IMG/VR virus record: IMGVR_UViG_3300049044_000040 | Location: 1-25,712 of that record | Strand: one strand, 5' to 3' | Origin: a virus | Lineage: Duplodnaviria; Caudoviricetes | Length of the DNA: 25,712 nt | Shown here: in pieces, positions 1 to 7,614 of the stretch | Position numbering within the stretch: position 1 is the first letter of the stretch | Layout: every line of letters begins with the position of its first letter | Position numbers and translations under genes: made by a program | Notes under the pieces: generated by a model | What the model saw: the letters and a program-made list of their open reading frames with translations, nothing else | What the model was told of the DNA's origin: nothing | Database searches by the model: none

Positions 1-43
1 TCTCTCCCCAAATAACGCCATAATAAAAAAAGATATATTATCC

Positions 44-72
44 TTGACAACCCTACAATACCATGCTACGAC
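44..72 (+). promoter_or_regulatory. sigma70-type promoter (TTGACA-17-TGcTACGAC)
   Basis: Perfect -35 at 44-49, 17-nt spacer, extended TG, imperfect -10; ATG at 85. Confidence 0.55.
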
Positions 73-84
73 TGACCAGTAAGG

Positions 85-276
85 ATGGAAACTGGAGAAA
101 ATATGAGAAAACCCTTGACACATGAGCAGCAGGTAGCTCTGGAGGGGGAGGAAGCGTTTCGTCGTGGTGCGCCCTTGATTGGTAACCGCTACGTGGAAGG
201 GACGAACGACCATAACCTCTGGAAACTAGGCTGGTTGAACGCAAATCACAAACACAGCAATAACAAACAAAAATGA
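85..276 (+). CDS. small protein with Rmf (ribosome modulation factor)-like motif
   Basis: EGEEAFRRG..(N)RY......NLWKLGWLNA resembles the Rmf pattern G..AG..G....CPY......W..GW. Confidence 0.5.
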   Translation: METGENMRKPLTHEQQVALEGEEAFRRGAPLIGNRYVEGTNDHNLWKLGWLNANHKHSNNKQK

Positions 277-321
277 AGAATTTGGGCCATTTTCACTGAT
301 TTTGGCCCCTTTTCGTTAAAT

Positions 322-519
322 ATGACAAATAACATGAAACCACCAAATACAGCAAAACTACTGTTCGGCCTCACTGCATCGGTGTTAATGATGATAATCT
401 TTTTTGTGGGGCATCCCATAACTATCATCGTTACTATCTGGTCTATACCCATTGTGTTGAACTGGTATGTGGGTGAAGTGCGTAAGTATCGTGCATATAG
501 GGAGGCGGGCGGTCGCTAA
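322..519 (+). CDS. small membrane protein, two hydrophobic segments
   Basis: LLFGLTASVLMMIIFFVG / ITIIVTIWSIPIVLNWY followed by a basic tail; terminator follows. Confidence 0.6.
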   Translation: MTNNMKPPNTAKLLFGLTASVLMMIIFFVGHPITIIVTIWSIPIVLNWYVGEVRKYRAYREAGGR

Positions 520-547
520 ATCCAAGAATAACAATGACAACTAAGTA

Positions 548-574
548 AAGGGCCACTCTTACGTGGCCTTTTTT
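548..574 (+). terminator. intrinsic terminator
   Basis: AAGGGCCAC-tcttac-GTGGCCTT + T run. Confidence 0.75.
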
Positions 575-720
575 GTTGCCCATATCGCTTTCCCTCATAC
601 TACAAATCAGGGTGCGCCCCTATTGTGAATTTTTATATATATCTATATATTGTCCACGTCAATCGGAAGTCCCGATGACTGAAAAGGAACTAAGGTTCCA
701 AAACAAAAACAGTAGATAGT

Positions 721-2169
721 ATGCCAACAAAAACAGAAGAAACAGGTGGTGGGGTAGCAGTAGCTCCTGCACCAGCAGCAAAAACAGCAGCAGCGGCCCC
801 CAAGGTCAAACCCCCAATTATCCCTTCTCCAAACAGGGACATTTCGGGGCGCAAGCCAACGGTGGTTCGGTTCCGCGTCCATAAGGATTGTTTCAGGAAG
901 CTGGAGGTTCCTTCAGCAGACCTGCGACGGAAACCAGACGTTATCTATCATGTTTACCCTACGTTGGGTGAATGGATGGGGCGCGTCCTGCCTGATGGTG
1001 TGAACCCTCGTTCACATGACCCTGAATGCCTGAAGGGGAAGGTTGCCAAGGAAATTGAGGACACCATTCTCAATAAGCCTGAGAACTTCCACTTGGCCAA
1101 TCGTGGCTCCACAATCATCGCTGAATCGGTCAACTACGACCCGAAGACGCAGATGTGCGAGATTACGATTGTTGACTCTGACAATCAGGGCCTCGCTGAT
1201 GGTGCAACCACTGATGCGGTGTTGGCGAAAGTGCAGACTGAACTGGCACGCACCCTCACTGAGAAGAAAGACGCCGACTACAAGTCGTTCATCGAAAGTT
1301 TGGGTGGCAATGGGGACGTTTACGAAAAACTCCCTGAAGTGCTGAAAAGCGGGCGCATCCACTTGGAAGTGTGGACGGGCCTTCAAGACAGGACTCGTAT
1401 CGCGGATTTGGTCGAAGGTCGCAATACCTCGCGCCAAGTCAGGGGTTGGTCGATGGCTGACTTCCGCCAAGAATACGACTGGCTCAAGGATATTCTCGAA
1501 GACGACAAGTCCGAATTCAAGGGCAAAATCGGCTACGAGGAAAACAGTGGCAAGAACATTACCGTCCTTGATGTTCTCTCGATTGTCACTCTGTTTCACC
1601 CTGAGTTCGACAAGCGTGATGCGGGCGGCGAACGTGCGCCAGTCATCGCGTATGCGAACAAGGGCCGCATGGATACACGGTTGCAGGACAAGGATGTTCT
1701 GGAAGGCTACAAACGCCTCACCCCACTCATCCCTGACATTCTGCGCCTCCATGACTACATCTACGCCAATTTCGACAAGGCGTATGAGGCTGGCCGTCCC
1801 AAGGCTCGCTTGGGTCGCCGTCAGGGTGTGACGAGCTACGTGAACGAACCGAAGCCCTACAAGCTGGATTTGACTGGCATGGACTCCATGTTCAAGATTC
1901 CTGCGGGCTTCATCTTCCCACTGCTTGCGTCACTTCGCGCCCTCGTCGTTTATCGTGGCGACAAGGTTGGTTGGAAGACTGACCCGTTCGCGTTCTTCGA
2001 CAAATATGGCTCCATTCTCGTGGCCGAGTTGATGGAACAAGTCGAAGGGCAGGGTGGAAACCCGAACGTGGCAGGCAAGCGCAAGCTGGTCTACACAGCC
2101 ATCCACGCACAGGCGCGTCTCTCGCTCAATGACGAGATTGAAGAGAAGCGGGGCGGGAAACAATCGTAA
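721..2169 (+). CDS. AIPR-family (abortive infection phage resistance) protein
   Basis: Motifs NPRS...VAKEIEDTILNKPENFHLANRGSTI, GLADGATT and EGRNTSRQV match the AIPR pattern (NvR..NNGITI..IvNGgQT..N.q..V); Ala/Pro-rich N-terminal extension. Confidence 0.75.
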   Translation: MPTKTEETGGGVAVAPAPAAKTAAAAPKVKPPIIPSPNRDISGRKPTVVRFRVHKDCFRKLEVPSADLRRKPDVIYHVYPTLGEWMGRVLPDGVNPRSHDPECLKGKVAKEIEDTILNKPENFHLANRGSTIIAESVNYDPKTQMCEITIVDSDNQGLADGATTDAVLAKVQTELARTLTEKKDADYKSFIESLGGNGDVYEKLPEVLKSGRIHLEVWTGLQDRTRIADLVEGRNTSRQVRGWSMADFRQEYDWLKDILEDDKSEFKGKIGYEENSGKNITVLDVLSIVTLFHPEFDKRDAGGERAPVIAYANKGRMDTRLQDKDVLEGYKRLTPLIPDILRLHDYIYANFDKAYEAGRPKARLGRRQGVTSYVNEPKPYKLDLTGMDSMFKIPAGFIFPLLASLRALVVYRGDKVGWKTDPFAFFDKYGSILVAELMEQVEGQGGNPNVAGKRKLVYTAIHAQARLSLNDEIEEKRGGKQS

Positions 2170-2183
2170 CCAGTCCTGAGCAC

Positions 2184-2216
2184 AGGGGCGAGGGGAGAAA
2201 TCCCCCGCCCCTTTTT
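2184..2216 (+). terminator. intrinsic terminator after AIPR gene
   Basis: AGGGGCGaGGGGA-gaaa-TCCCCCGCCCCT + TTTT. Confidence 0.8.
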
Positions 2217-2224
2217 CGCGTAGC

Positions 2225-2434
2225 CTATGCGTATTGCTTCGCTCGGGCCAACTCTTGGGCGGTCGGATTACGACCAAGAAGCAGGGCCAAATTCTTTTTA
2301 ATGAGGTCACCCTCGACGCCTGTCTTCGCCTTTTTGCCTTCGTATTCCAACTTGGTGTTGTTGGTTATCACACTGAGCAACTGACGGAACGACTCAATCT
2401 TGTCACCTTCGTTTGTTTGGGCTTGAACTGACAT
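2225..2434 (-). CDS. hypothetical protein (69 aa)
   Basis: ATG start, protein-like composition, converges on the AIPR terminator. Confidence 0.55.
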   Translation of the reverse strand: MSVQAQTNEGDKIESFRQLLSVITNNTKLEYEGKKAKTGVEGDLIKKNLALLLGRNPTAQELARAKQYA

Positions 2435-2573
2435 AACTACTCTTCTCTGTTTGCTAACTAACAGCTTCGCACCTTTAGCAATCCTCTATCGGTGGCTGAT
2501 GGTGATGATTATGCACGGATTTGATTAGGGAGCAAGCAAAATTATGGGGGAATCCCCCAAGAAATGTTCAGGG

Positions 2574-2602
2574 TTGCCTCTGAGCAGCAAGTGGCTTATA
2601 TT
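2574..2602 (+). promoter_or_regulatory. sigma70-type promoter (TTGCCT-17-TATATT)
   Basis: Correct spacing; a terminator follows about 70 nt later with no ORF between. Confidence 0.5.
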
Positions 2603-2608
2603 GAGTGC

Positions 2609-2679
2609 GTTAGAGGGGCGTTTTGACTGACAGGACGTTCCATAGTTGCGAGGGGCCACGAGTGTGGCCCCGTTTTTTT
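2609..2679 (+). ncRNA. candidate small RNA, two hairpins
   Basis: GGGGCGTTTT(2615-24)/AGGACGTTCC(2632-41) 10-bp stem with GU pairs, then terminator GGGGCCAC-GAGT-GTGGCCCC-T7. Confidence 0.4.
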
Positions 2680-2712
2680 GAATTTTCCCAAATATTTGTT
2701 GTCTGTAGGGGC

Positions 2713-2934
2713 ATGAGCAAAGCCCCACAAATCGCGCAGCCGCCAAATAACACGCCAGAGCCTTCGATGGCCTACAGGTATGAGCGTGCCCATAAGCAAC
2801 TCTTTGAAAAACTATCAGAGGGAATGCAGGCGAGGGTGATGACTGTCAAGGCTAATCCCACCCTGAAGGATGTGGAGGTTAACGAATTCGTGTCACAGGT
2901 AATCGCACTGGCTGAGTCTGAGCAGGAGCTATAA
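2713..2934 (+). CDS. hypothetical protein (73 aa)
   Basis: In-frame ATG at 2713 lies downstream of the terminator; the upstream extension to 2623 crosses the terminator and is unlikely. Confidence 0.6.
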   Translation: MSKAPQIAQPPNNTPEPSMAYRYERAHKQLFEKLSEGMQARVMTVKANPTLKDVEVNEFVSQVIALAESEQEL

Positions 2935-2951
2935 TATAATTAAATATATTA

Positions 2952-3030
2952 TTGACTGAGCATCAAAGGTGTGGTAGGTTCATATTAGTCAGGGAAAGTC
3001 CTTGACCTAAAATCAAATTTCGAATACAAA
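2952..3030 (+). promoter_or_regulatory. tandem sigma70-type promoters (TTGACT-17-TGgTAGGTT; TTGACC-17-TACAAA)
   Basis: 2952-2980 and 3002-3030; the second -10 is 6 nt from ATG 3037; hairpin GTCAGGGA-aag-TCCTTGAC overlaps the second -35. Confidence 0.6.
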
Positions 3031-3036
3031 CAGATT

Positions 3037-3300
3037 ATGGCTCAGAAGATTCCGAAGACTGACATTAAGCGTCCAGGAGCGGGCCGAACGCATGGTTCCT
3101 TCAGCTTTATTGTGGTGACTCTTGGGGAATTGAACGCCAAGTTCAGTGACCCTAGCACGCCTATTAAGGTAAGCCGCAAGCAAATGGAACTATACTTTCC
3201 TGATAAGGCTACGAAGCCTGTTCAGAAACTAACAAAGTCGATTGACGGTTTGTCACCTGAGACTGAGGTAGCCAGTAAGGTGATTGACTTCAACGACTAA
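3037..3300 (+). CDS. small basic protein, possible DNA-binding (AT-hook-like KRPGAGR..GS)
   Basis: Lys-rich 87-aa ORF with its own promoter. Confidence 0.65.
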   Translation: MAQKIPKTDIKRPGAGRTHGSFSFIVVTLGELNAKFSDPSTPIKVSRKQMELYFPDKATKPVQKLTKSIDGLSPETEVASKVIDFND

Positions 3301-3338
3301 ACCAAAACACAAAACACAGTTAATCGCTACCATGTGAG

Positions 3339-3569
3339 TTGAGAAAATCACTACACTACTGGACAATCCACCGCCGCGTGTCGCGCCGTGTGTGGCAGAA
3401 CCTAGACCAGCGTTCCCGCGACGTAATCGCGGCTGATGCTGAACATACTACGCGTGAATTCAAGGAGTTCGAGCGTGAGGTCAACAGGCAATCAGAGTTG
3501 TTTTACAACGACCCTGAATACTTCGCCAATGACCCCTATACTTTCAAGTATAGTCAGTATGCCTCGTAG
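3339..3569 (+). CDS. hypothetical protein
   Basis: 76-aa ORF with TTG start filling the gap; start uncertain. Confidence 0.4.
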   Translation: MRKSLHYWTIHRRVSRRVWQNLDQRSRDVIAADAEHTTREFKEFEREVNRQSELFYNDPEYFANDPYTFKYSQYAS

Positions 3570-3635
3570 ATAAGGGTATCGTGGGGAGGGCCGCGTGCCC
3601 TCTCCACTTGGGGCGATAATAAATTAAAATAAAAT

Positions 3636-3664
3636 TTGACATTGGTGCAATACTAGGGTAAGTT
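3636..3664 (+). promoter_or_regulatory. sigma70-type promoter, leaderless type
   Basis: TTGACA-17-TAAGTT, ATG 9 nt downstream. Confidence 0.75.
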
Positions 3665-3673
3665 AGTCGCGTT

Positions 3674-4699
3674 ATGAAATTCGACACTCTTAAGAAGGAG
3701 CTTTTCAAAGAGATTGTTGGGCAAGAACGCGCCAAGAAACAAATCTCTTACTTCCTAGAAGGGCAGTGGGCAACAGGCAGGAGTCCAAACTTCCTATTGC
3801 GCGGGGCGCGTGGGATGGGGAAGACTACCATAGCTAAGGAAATTGGCAAACACCTTATCGTCTTCGAAGGGAACAAGCCAGTCGCCAACGAAAAGAAACC
3901 TGACCGCCCGCTAATCAAGGGCTTTCTACCTGTAGAATGCTCGCGCATCAAGAACCTTGACCAGTTCATCAATGGGTTCATCATTAAGCACGATGTTCCT
4001 AACAAAGCCATGACACTCTTCCTCGATGAGGCGCACTCGATGCCTCAGGACATGGAAGACGCCTTACTTGTCATGCTTAACCCTAATCGGGAAGGGCGCA
4101 ACACCTATATCTATGATGAGTATGAGTTGACGTTCGACTTCCGACTCCATACGTTCATCTTCGCTACCAGCGAACCTCAGAAGCTTCTGGATACTCTCAA
4201 AGACCGTCTCCAGCCCATTGACCTTGAGGAATACACCCCTGACCAAATGGAGCGTATTATCCAGCTTGGGGCCAAGGATGTGACATTCAAGGATGGTGTT
4301 CTGTCTGAAATGGCCACTGTTCTGAGGGGTAACGCACGTCAGGCACAGAATATGGCCGAGATTATCCTGACGGGCCTGAAGGGTGGACATACGTTCGGGC
4401 GCAAGGAATGGGAAAACCTGAAGTTCTCCCTCGATATTTACCCCTTGGGCCTGAACCCTACCGAGATTCAAGTCCTTAAGATACTGGCCGACCGCCCTCA
4501 GGGAACGTCCCTCACCAACTTGGCCGCTCGCACTACTCTGACCAAAGATGCGTTGCAGAAAGACTATGAAATGTATCTCCAGAAGCATGGTCTGATGCAA
4601 ATCACTACGGCGGGCCGCGAGATAACTGCCAAGGGCTTGGAATACCTCAGGAGCCTCCTGAACCAACCACAATTTCGTAGCAAGCGTGTCATTTCATAA
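3674..4699 (+). CDS. ruvB: RuvB-like AAA+ ATPase (Holliday junction branch-migration motor family)
   Basis: Walker A GARGMGKTT, Walker B LFLDEAH, FATSE...LKDRL (sensor I/arginine finger), RGNAR sensor II, C-terminal winged-helix pattern LGLN..E..YL...GLMQITTAGREIT. Confidence 0.85.
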   Translation: MKFDTLKKELFKEIVGQERAKKQISYFLEGQWATGRSPNFLLRGARGMGKTTIAKEIGKHLIVFEGNKPVANEKKPDRPLIKGFLPVECSRIKNLDQFINGFIIKHDVPNKAMTLFLDEAHSMPQDMEDALLVMLNPNREGRNTYIYDEYELTFDFRLHTFIFATSEPQKLLDTLKDRLQPIDLEEYTPDQMERIIQLGAKDVTFKDGVLSEMATVLRGNARQAQNMAEIILTGLKGGHTFGRKEWENLKFSLDIYPLGLNPTEIQVLKILADRPQGTSLTNLAARTTLTKDALQKDYEMYLQKHGLMQITTAGREITAKGLEYLRSLLNQPQFRSKRVIS

Positions 4700-4718
4700 C
4701 AATCTGACGTGAGCTACA

Positions 4719-4747
4719 GGGGGCCACGAGTGTGGCCCTCGCTTTTT
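4719..4747 (+). terminator. intrinsic terminator (GGGGCCAC-GAGT-GTGGCCC family)
   Basis: Same hairpin as 2652-2671 and 8367-8386. Confidence 0.75.
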
Positions 4748-4816
4748 CTACACCCTACCCTGTCGCCGTGGGAATATTATAACTTTTCCAAATAACATTT
4801 CTTAGGCTTTTTTTGG

Positions 4817-4825
4817 GTGTAAATA
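4817..4825 (+). promoter_or_regulatory. putative phage late-promoter motif GTGTAAATA
   Basis: ATG lies 14 nt from the motif start, the same geometry as 17238->17252. Confidence 0.45.
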
Positions 4826-4830
4826 TAGGC

Positions 4831-5148
4831 ATGGATGACGCACGCCTAGCACAACTTGAGAAGTCTATCACAGAGATTAAGGACACTCAAAATAAAATCT
4901 TTGTGGCCCTTCTTGGAGGGCTAGATAAGGACTCTGTAGGACTTCTAGAAGAGTCTCGCCAGCTTCGACGCGATGTAAACGACCTCAAAACGACCGTCAA
5001 ATCGCAGGCAACCCAAATAGAAGAGGTTGTCACATTCAAGCGCAATGTCAAGATAATTGTGGCAGGCATTGCCGTTGTCGTCCCCTTCGTCTTCGAGCTT
5101 ATCAAGGTTACCGTGGGGAATCTTCTTAACTTCTTTAAGGGACAATAA
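4831..5148 (+). CDS. coiled-coil protein with C-terminal transmembrane segment (holin/XhlA-like architecture)
   Basis: Heptad-like N-terminus; IIVAGIAVVVPFVFELI hydrophobic segment; ATG at 4831. Confidence 0.6.
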   Translation: MDDARLAQLEKSITEIKDTQNKIFVALLGGLDKDSVGLLEESRQLRRDVNDLKTTVKSQATQIEEVVTFKRNVKIIVAGIAVVVPFVFELIKVTVGNLLNFFKGQ

Positions 5149-5167
5149 CTTACACAACGGCGGGCGC

Positions 5168-5196
5168 ATTGTAGCATACCCGCCAGGTTTTGTCAA
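5168..5196 (-). promoter_or_regulatory. near-consensus sigma70 promoter facing antisense into 4831-5148
   Basis: Reverse strand TTGACA-aaacctggcgggtatgc(17)-TACAAT with extended TG. Confidence 0.7.
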
Positions 5197-5240
5197 TAGG
5201 CGAAGTGCTGGAAAAAGTTTAATCTTTTTTCATTTTCTTA

Positions 5241-5269
5241 TTGCCATGTCAGGGTAACTCTGATTTAAT
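5241..5269 (+). promoter_or_regulatory. sigma70-type promoter, leaderless type
   Basis: TTGCCA-17-TGaTTTAAT, ATG 8 nt downstream. Confidence 0.6.
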
Positions 5270-5277
5270 CGTCGGCA

Positions 5278-5664
5278 ATGAAGCCCTATAGCAAATTGGA
5301 TGTTACACTAGGTTATCAATCGAATGGCAGCAATTGCCTGATTATTCTCTCAGGCCCTCAGGAACAAATCGAACTCGCGTTTAACGGGTTCTTTAATTTC
5401 GGCGCAACCAACGGTCTGCTTTCCTATCAGAATGAACGCAAAGACATTGCGACGTTCTGGAGCAGTGAAAAGCTGATGAATCGCTATTGGTTCAATCGTG
5501 GCCTGAATCTGTTCAAGGACAATGAGGCGCGGGCCAAGCTTTACGCTAGCCGTAAGATGTGGGAAACACTGTCAGCTAATACAATGTTCGCCGATGTTCA
5601 TGTCAGGGTGTCTCTGAACGAGTTTACCCTTGGCACTCTTGGCCGCGCAGAAGAGGCAGCTTGA
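5278..5664 (+). CDS. hypothetical protein
   Basis: 128-aa ORF; its TGA stop lies within the next TTGACA box. Confidence 0.7.
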   Translation: MKPYSKLDVTLGYQSNGSNCLIILSGPQEQIELAFNGFFNFGATNGLLSYQNERKDIATFWSSEKLMNRYWFNRGLNLFKDNEARAKLYASRKMWETLSANTMFADVHVRVSLNEFTLGTLGRAEEAA

Positions 5665-5688
5665 CAATCCCATGTATTCTGATACTCT
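5661..5688 (+). promoter_or_regulatory. sigma70-type promoter
   Basis: TTGACA-16-TGaTACTCT; ATG at 5705. Confidence 0.65.
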
Positions 5689-5704
5689 CTTAACTGTCAC
5701 AGGT

Positions 5705-6394
5705 ATGTTACGATTCGGATTTGGTAACAGGAAATTAACTCAGGGCCAAGTGATATTCGACTTGCCCGCTGGCCATACGTGCCCTTTTGCCAAGCAATGC
5801 TTTGCGAAAGCTGAACGGGATGGTTCGAGCCTGAAAGATGGCCCTGATACTATCTTTCGTTGCTACGCCGCCAGCATGGAACTGGTTTACAGGGGCGCAC
5901 GCGAGAAACGATGGGAGAACTACGATACCCTGAAAGGCCGCACCAAAGCGGAAATGGTTGAACTGATTGATATTAACCTGCCCTTGGGCTTGGTGTATCG
6001 CATTCATTCCGCAGGGGATTTCTTCTCTCAAGCGTATTTCGATGCGTGGCTGGAAGTCGCCAAGCGTCACCCTGAACGCACGTTCTACGCCTATACCAAA
6101 GCTTTGCCCTTTTGGATTAAACGGCTAGGGAAGATACCTAGCAACTTCAAGCTTAATGCCTCATACGGTGGCAAGTTTGACAATCTGATAGAGCAGCATA
6201 AGCTGAAATATGTTCGGGTTGTCCTATGGGAGCGGGAGGCAAAAGAGCTTGGTCTGGAAATTGACCACGACGATTCTCACGCGTGGCAAGGTGACAAGTC
6301 CTTTGCCCTTCTGGTTCATGGAACTCAGCCTCCGAAGACTGAGGCAAGCCGAGCATGGCAATACCAAAAGAATCAGAAGAAAGGGGGCAAGTGA
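5705..6394 (+). CDS. Gp88-like phage protein (Cys-rich, radical-SAM-like)
   Basis: GNRKL..FDLPAGHTCPFAKQC...CYAA, RIHSAGDFFS, FYAYTK, NFKLNASYGG motifs typical of the gene-product-88 family. Confidence 0.7.
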   Translation: MLRFGFGNRKLTQGQVIFDLPAGHTCPFAKQCFAKAERDGSSLKDGPDTIFRCYAASMELVYRGAREKRWENYDTLKGRTKAEMVELIDINLPLGLVYRIHSAGDFFSQAYFDAWLEVAKRHPERTFYAYTKALPFWIKRLGKIPSNFKLNASYGGKFDNLIEQHKLKYVRVVLWEREAKELGLEIDHDDSHAWQGDKSFALLVHGTQPPKTEASRAWQYQKNQKKGGK

Positions 6395-6465
6395 TGTTCG
6401 GAATCATATTCTTGCTCTTACTTGTCATCGGCATATTCGCGATAGGTGACAAGACCGAAGAGTAA
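6394..6465 (+). CDS. 23-aa single-pass membrane peptide MFGIIFLLLLVIGIFAIGDKTEE
   Basis: ATG overlaps the upstream TGA (TGATG coupling); ends just before a terminator. Confidence 0.5.
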   Translation: MFGIIFLLLLVIGIFAIGDKTEE

Positions 6466-6475
6466 AGGCAAAATA

Positions 6476-6503
6476 GGGTGGCTCGCAAGGGCCACTCTTT
6501 TTT
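6476..6503 (+). terminator. intrinsic terminator
   Basis: AGGGTGGCTC-gcaa-GGGCCACTCT + T run. Confidence 0.8.
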
Positions 6504-6504
6504 C

Positions 6505-6533
6505 TTGACCTCGCGTAATAACCCTGATATAAG
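6505..6533 (+). promoter_or_regulatory. sigma70-type promoter, leaderless type
   Basis: TTGACC-17-TGaTATAAG, ATG 8 nt downstream. Confidence 0.6.
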
Positions 6534-6541
6534 AGTCAGCA

Positions 6542-6955
6542 ATGAAATCAATTCGAATCCCATGCCTGTTAATAACTCTGATAGTTATCGAACTCTTGGC
6601 TTGCCTGTCATGCTTTGCCGCTGATGCGAAGCTTGTCAAGGCTATTCACATGGTCGAAACCTCTGGCAGGCTTGGCCCTATCAGGGGTGACAATGGCCGC
6701 GCCCTTGGCCCTCTCCAAATACACCGCGACTACTGGCAGGATTCTGGCGTGGCGGGCAAATATGAGGATTGCGCGAAGCTAGACTACTCGATAAAGGTTG
6801 TCAAGGCTTACATGCAACGCTATGCGCCCCAAGCGGTTGCCAGGAAAGACTATGACACTCTTGCACGCCTACACAACGCTGGCCCTCGCGCACTAAAAAA
6901 TAAGAAAATAGCTCTTGACTATTCGAAGAGAGTCAGGCAGTATATACGTCAATAA
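6542..6955 (+). CDS. secreted lysozyme-fold protein (i-type lysozyme/destabilase- or SLT-like)
   Basis: Signal peptide; AIHMVETSG catalytic Glu, GPLQIHRDYWQD, YEDC, YMQRYA, ARLHNAGP. Confidence 0.75.
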   Translation: MKSIRIPCLLITLIVIELLACLSCFAADAKLVKAIHMVETSGRLGPIRGDNGRALGPLQIHRDYWQDSGVAGKYEDCAKLDYSIKVVKAYMQRYAPQAVARKDYDTLARLHNAGPRALKNKKIALDYSKRVRQYIRQ

Positions 6956-6959
6956 GACT

Positions 6960-7250
6960 ATGCGTAAAGTTACCAAACAAGTAGTGGCCGCATTCTTAGC
7001 GGGCGAAAAGAAAACGGTTGGCAATACCAGCACCGATGGACAAGCCCTGTATCTGCACGGCAATAAGATTGCTGAGTTCAGGGGCACCAATCCTCGGGGG
7101 CTGTATATCACCAATGCGGGGTGGCGTTCGAACACTACCAAAGAACGTTTGAATGGCCTGCCCAATGTTCGCATCCATCAGAATAACTATCAATGGTATC
7201 TAAATGGCAATCCTTGGGATGGTGGCTGGATTCTTGTTGACAACGCATAA
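6960..7250 (+). CDS. phage hypothetical protein
   Basis: ATG at 6960 just after the lysozyme stop; LYLHGNKIA...GWRSNTTKERLNGL. Confidence 0.75.
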   Translation: MRKVTKQVVAAFLAGEKKTVGNTSTDGQALYLHGNKIAEFRGTNPRGLYITNAGWRSNTTKERLNGLPNVRIHQNNYQWYLNGNPWDGGWILVDNA

Positions 7251-7265
7251 TAACTCTGATACAAT
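7237..7265 (+). promoter_or_regulatory. sigma70-type promoter, leaderless type
   Basis: TTGACA-17-TGaTACAAT, ATG 9 nt downstream. Confidence 0.85.
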
Positions 7266-7274
7266 AAACCCATT

Positions 7275-7571
7275 ATGAAATCAATTATCCTCGCAGCGGC
7301 CCTGTTGATGGCTTTGGTTAACGTGAATGCCAATGACAAGGAACACAACCACAAACCTCAACTGAATGCGCCCACAATCGAGGGTGGCAAGGTGACGGTG
7401 GTAATGGAAAAGGCAAAGCGCAATGCCACATGCGTTCTGTTTGGTTCAATCAATGGGCGCGAGTGGTATTTCATTGACTTTGCAACGGCGTCGAACAATG
7501 GCACGGCGGTCTGGACATTCCGCCACGAGTCAGAGAACGAAATGTTCTACGCCTATTACATTCAGGAATAA
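7275..7571 (+). CDS. secreted hypothetical protein
   Basis: Signal peptide MKSIILAAALLMALVNVNA. Confidence 0.75.
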   Translation: MKSIILAAALLMALVNVNANDKEHNHKPQLNAPTIEGGKVTVVMEKAKRNATCVLFGSINGREWYFIDFATASNNGTAVWTFRHESENEMFYAYYIQE

Positions 7572-7576
7572 TTTGG

Positions 7577-7605
7577 TTGACAACTCGCGATAACCCTGCT
7601 ACAGT
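7577..7605 (+). promoter_or_regulatory. sigma70-type promoter, leaderless type
   Basis: TTGACA-17-TGcTACAGT, ATG 9 nt downstream. Confidence 0.8.
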
Positions 7606-7614
7606 AGGCGCACG

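Noticed and set aside
1012-1752. 246-aa minus-strand ORF and other ORFs overlapping AIPR
   Set aside because: Antisense shadows of a codon-biased gene; no promoter or recognisable motifs
4064-4672. 202-aa minus-strand ORF
   Set aside because: Shadow of the RuvB-like gene
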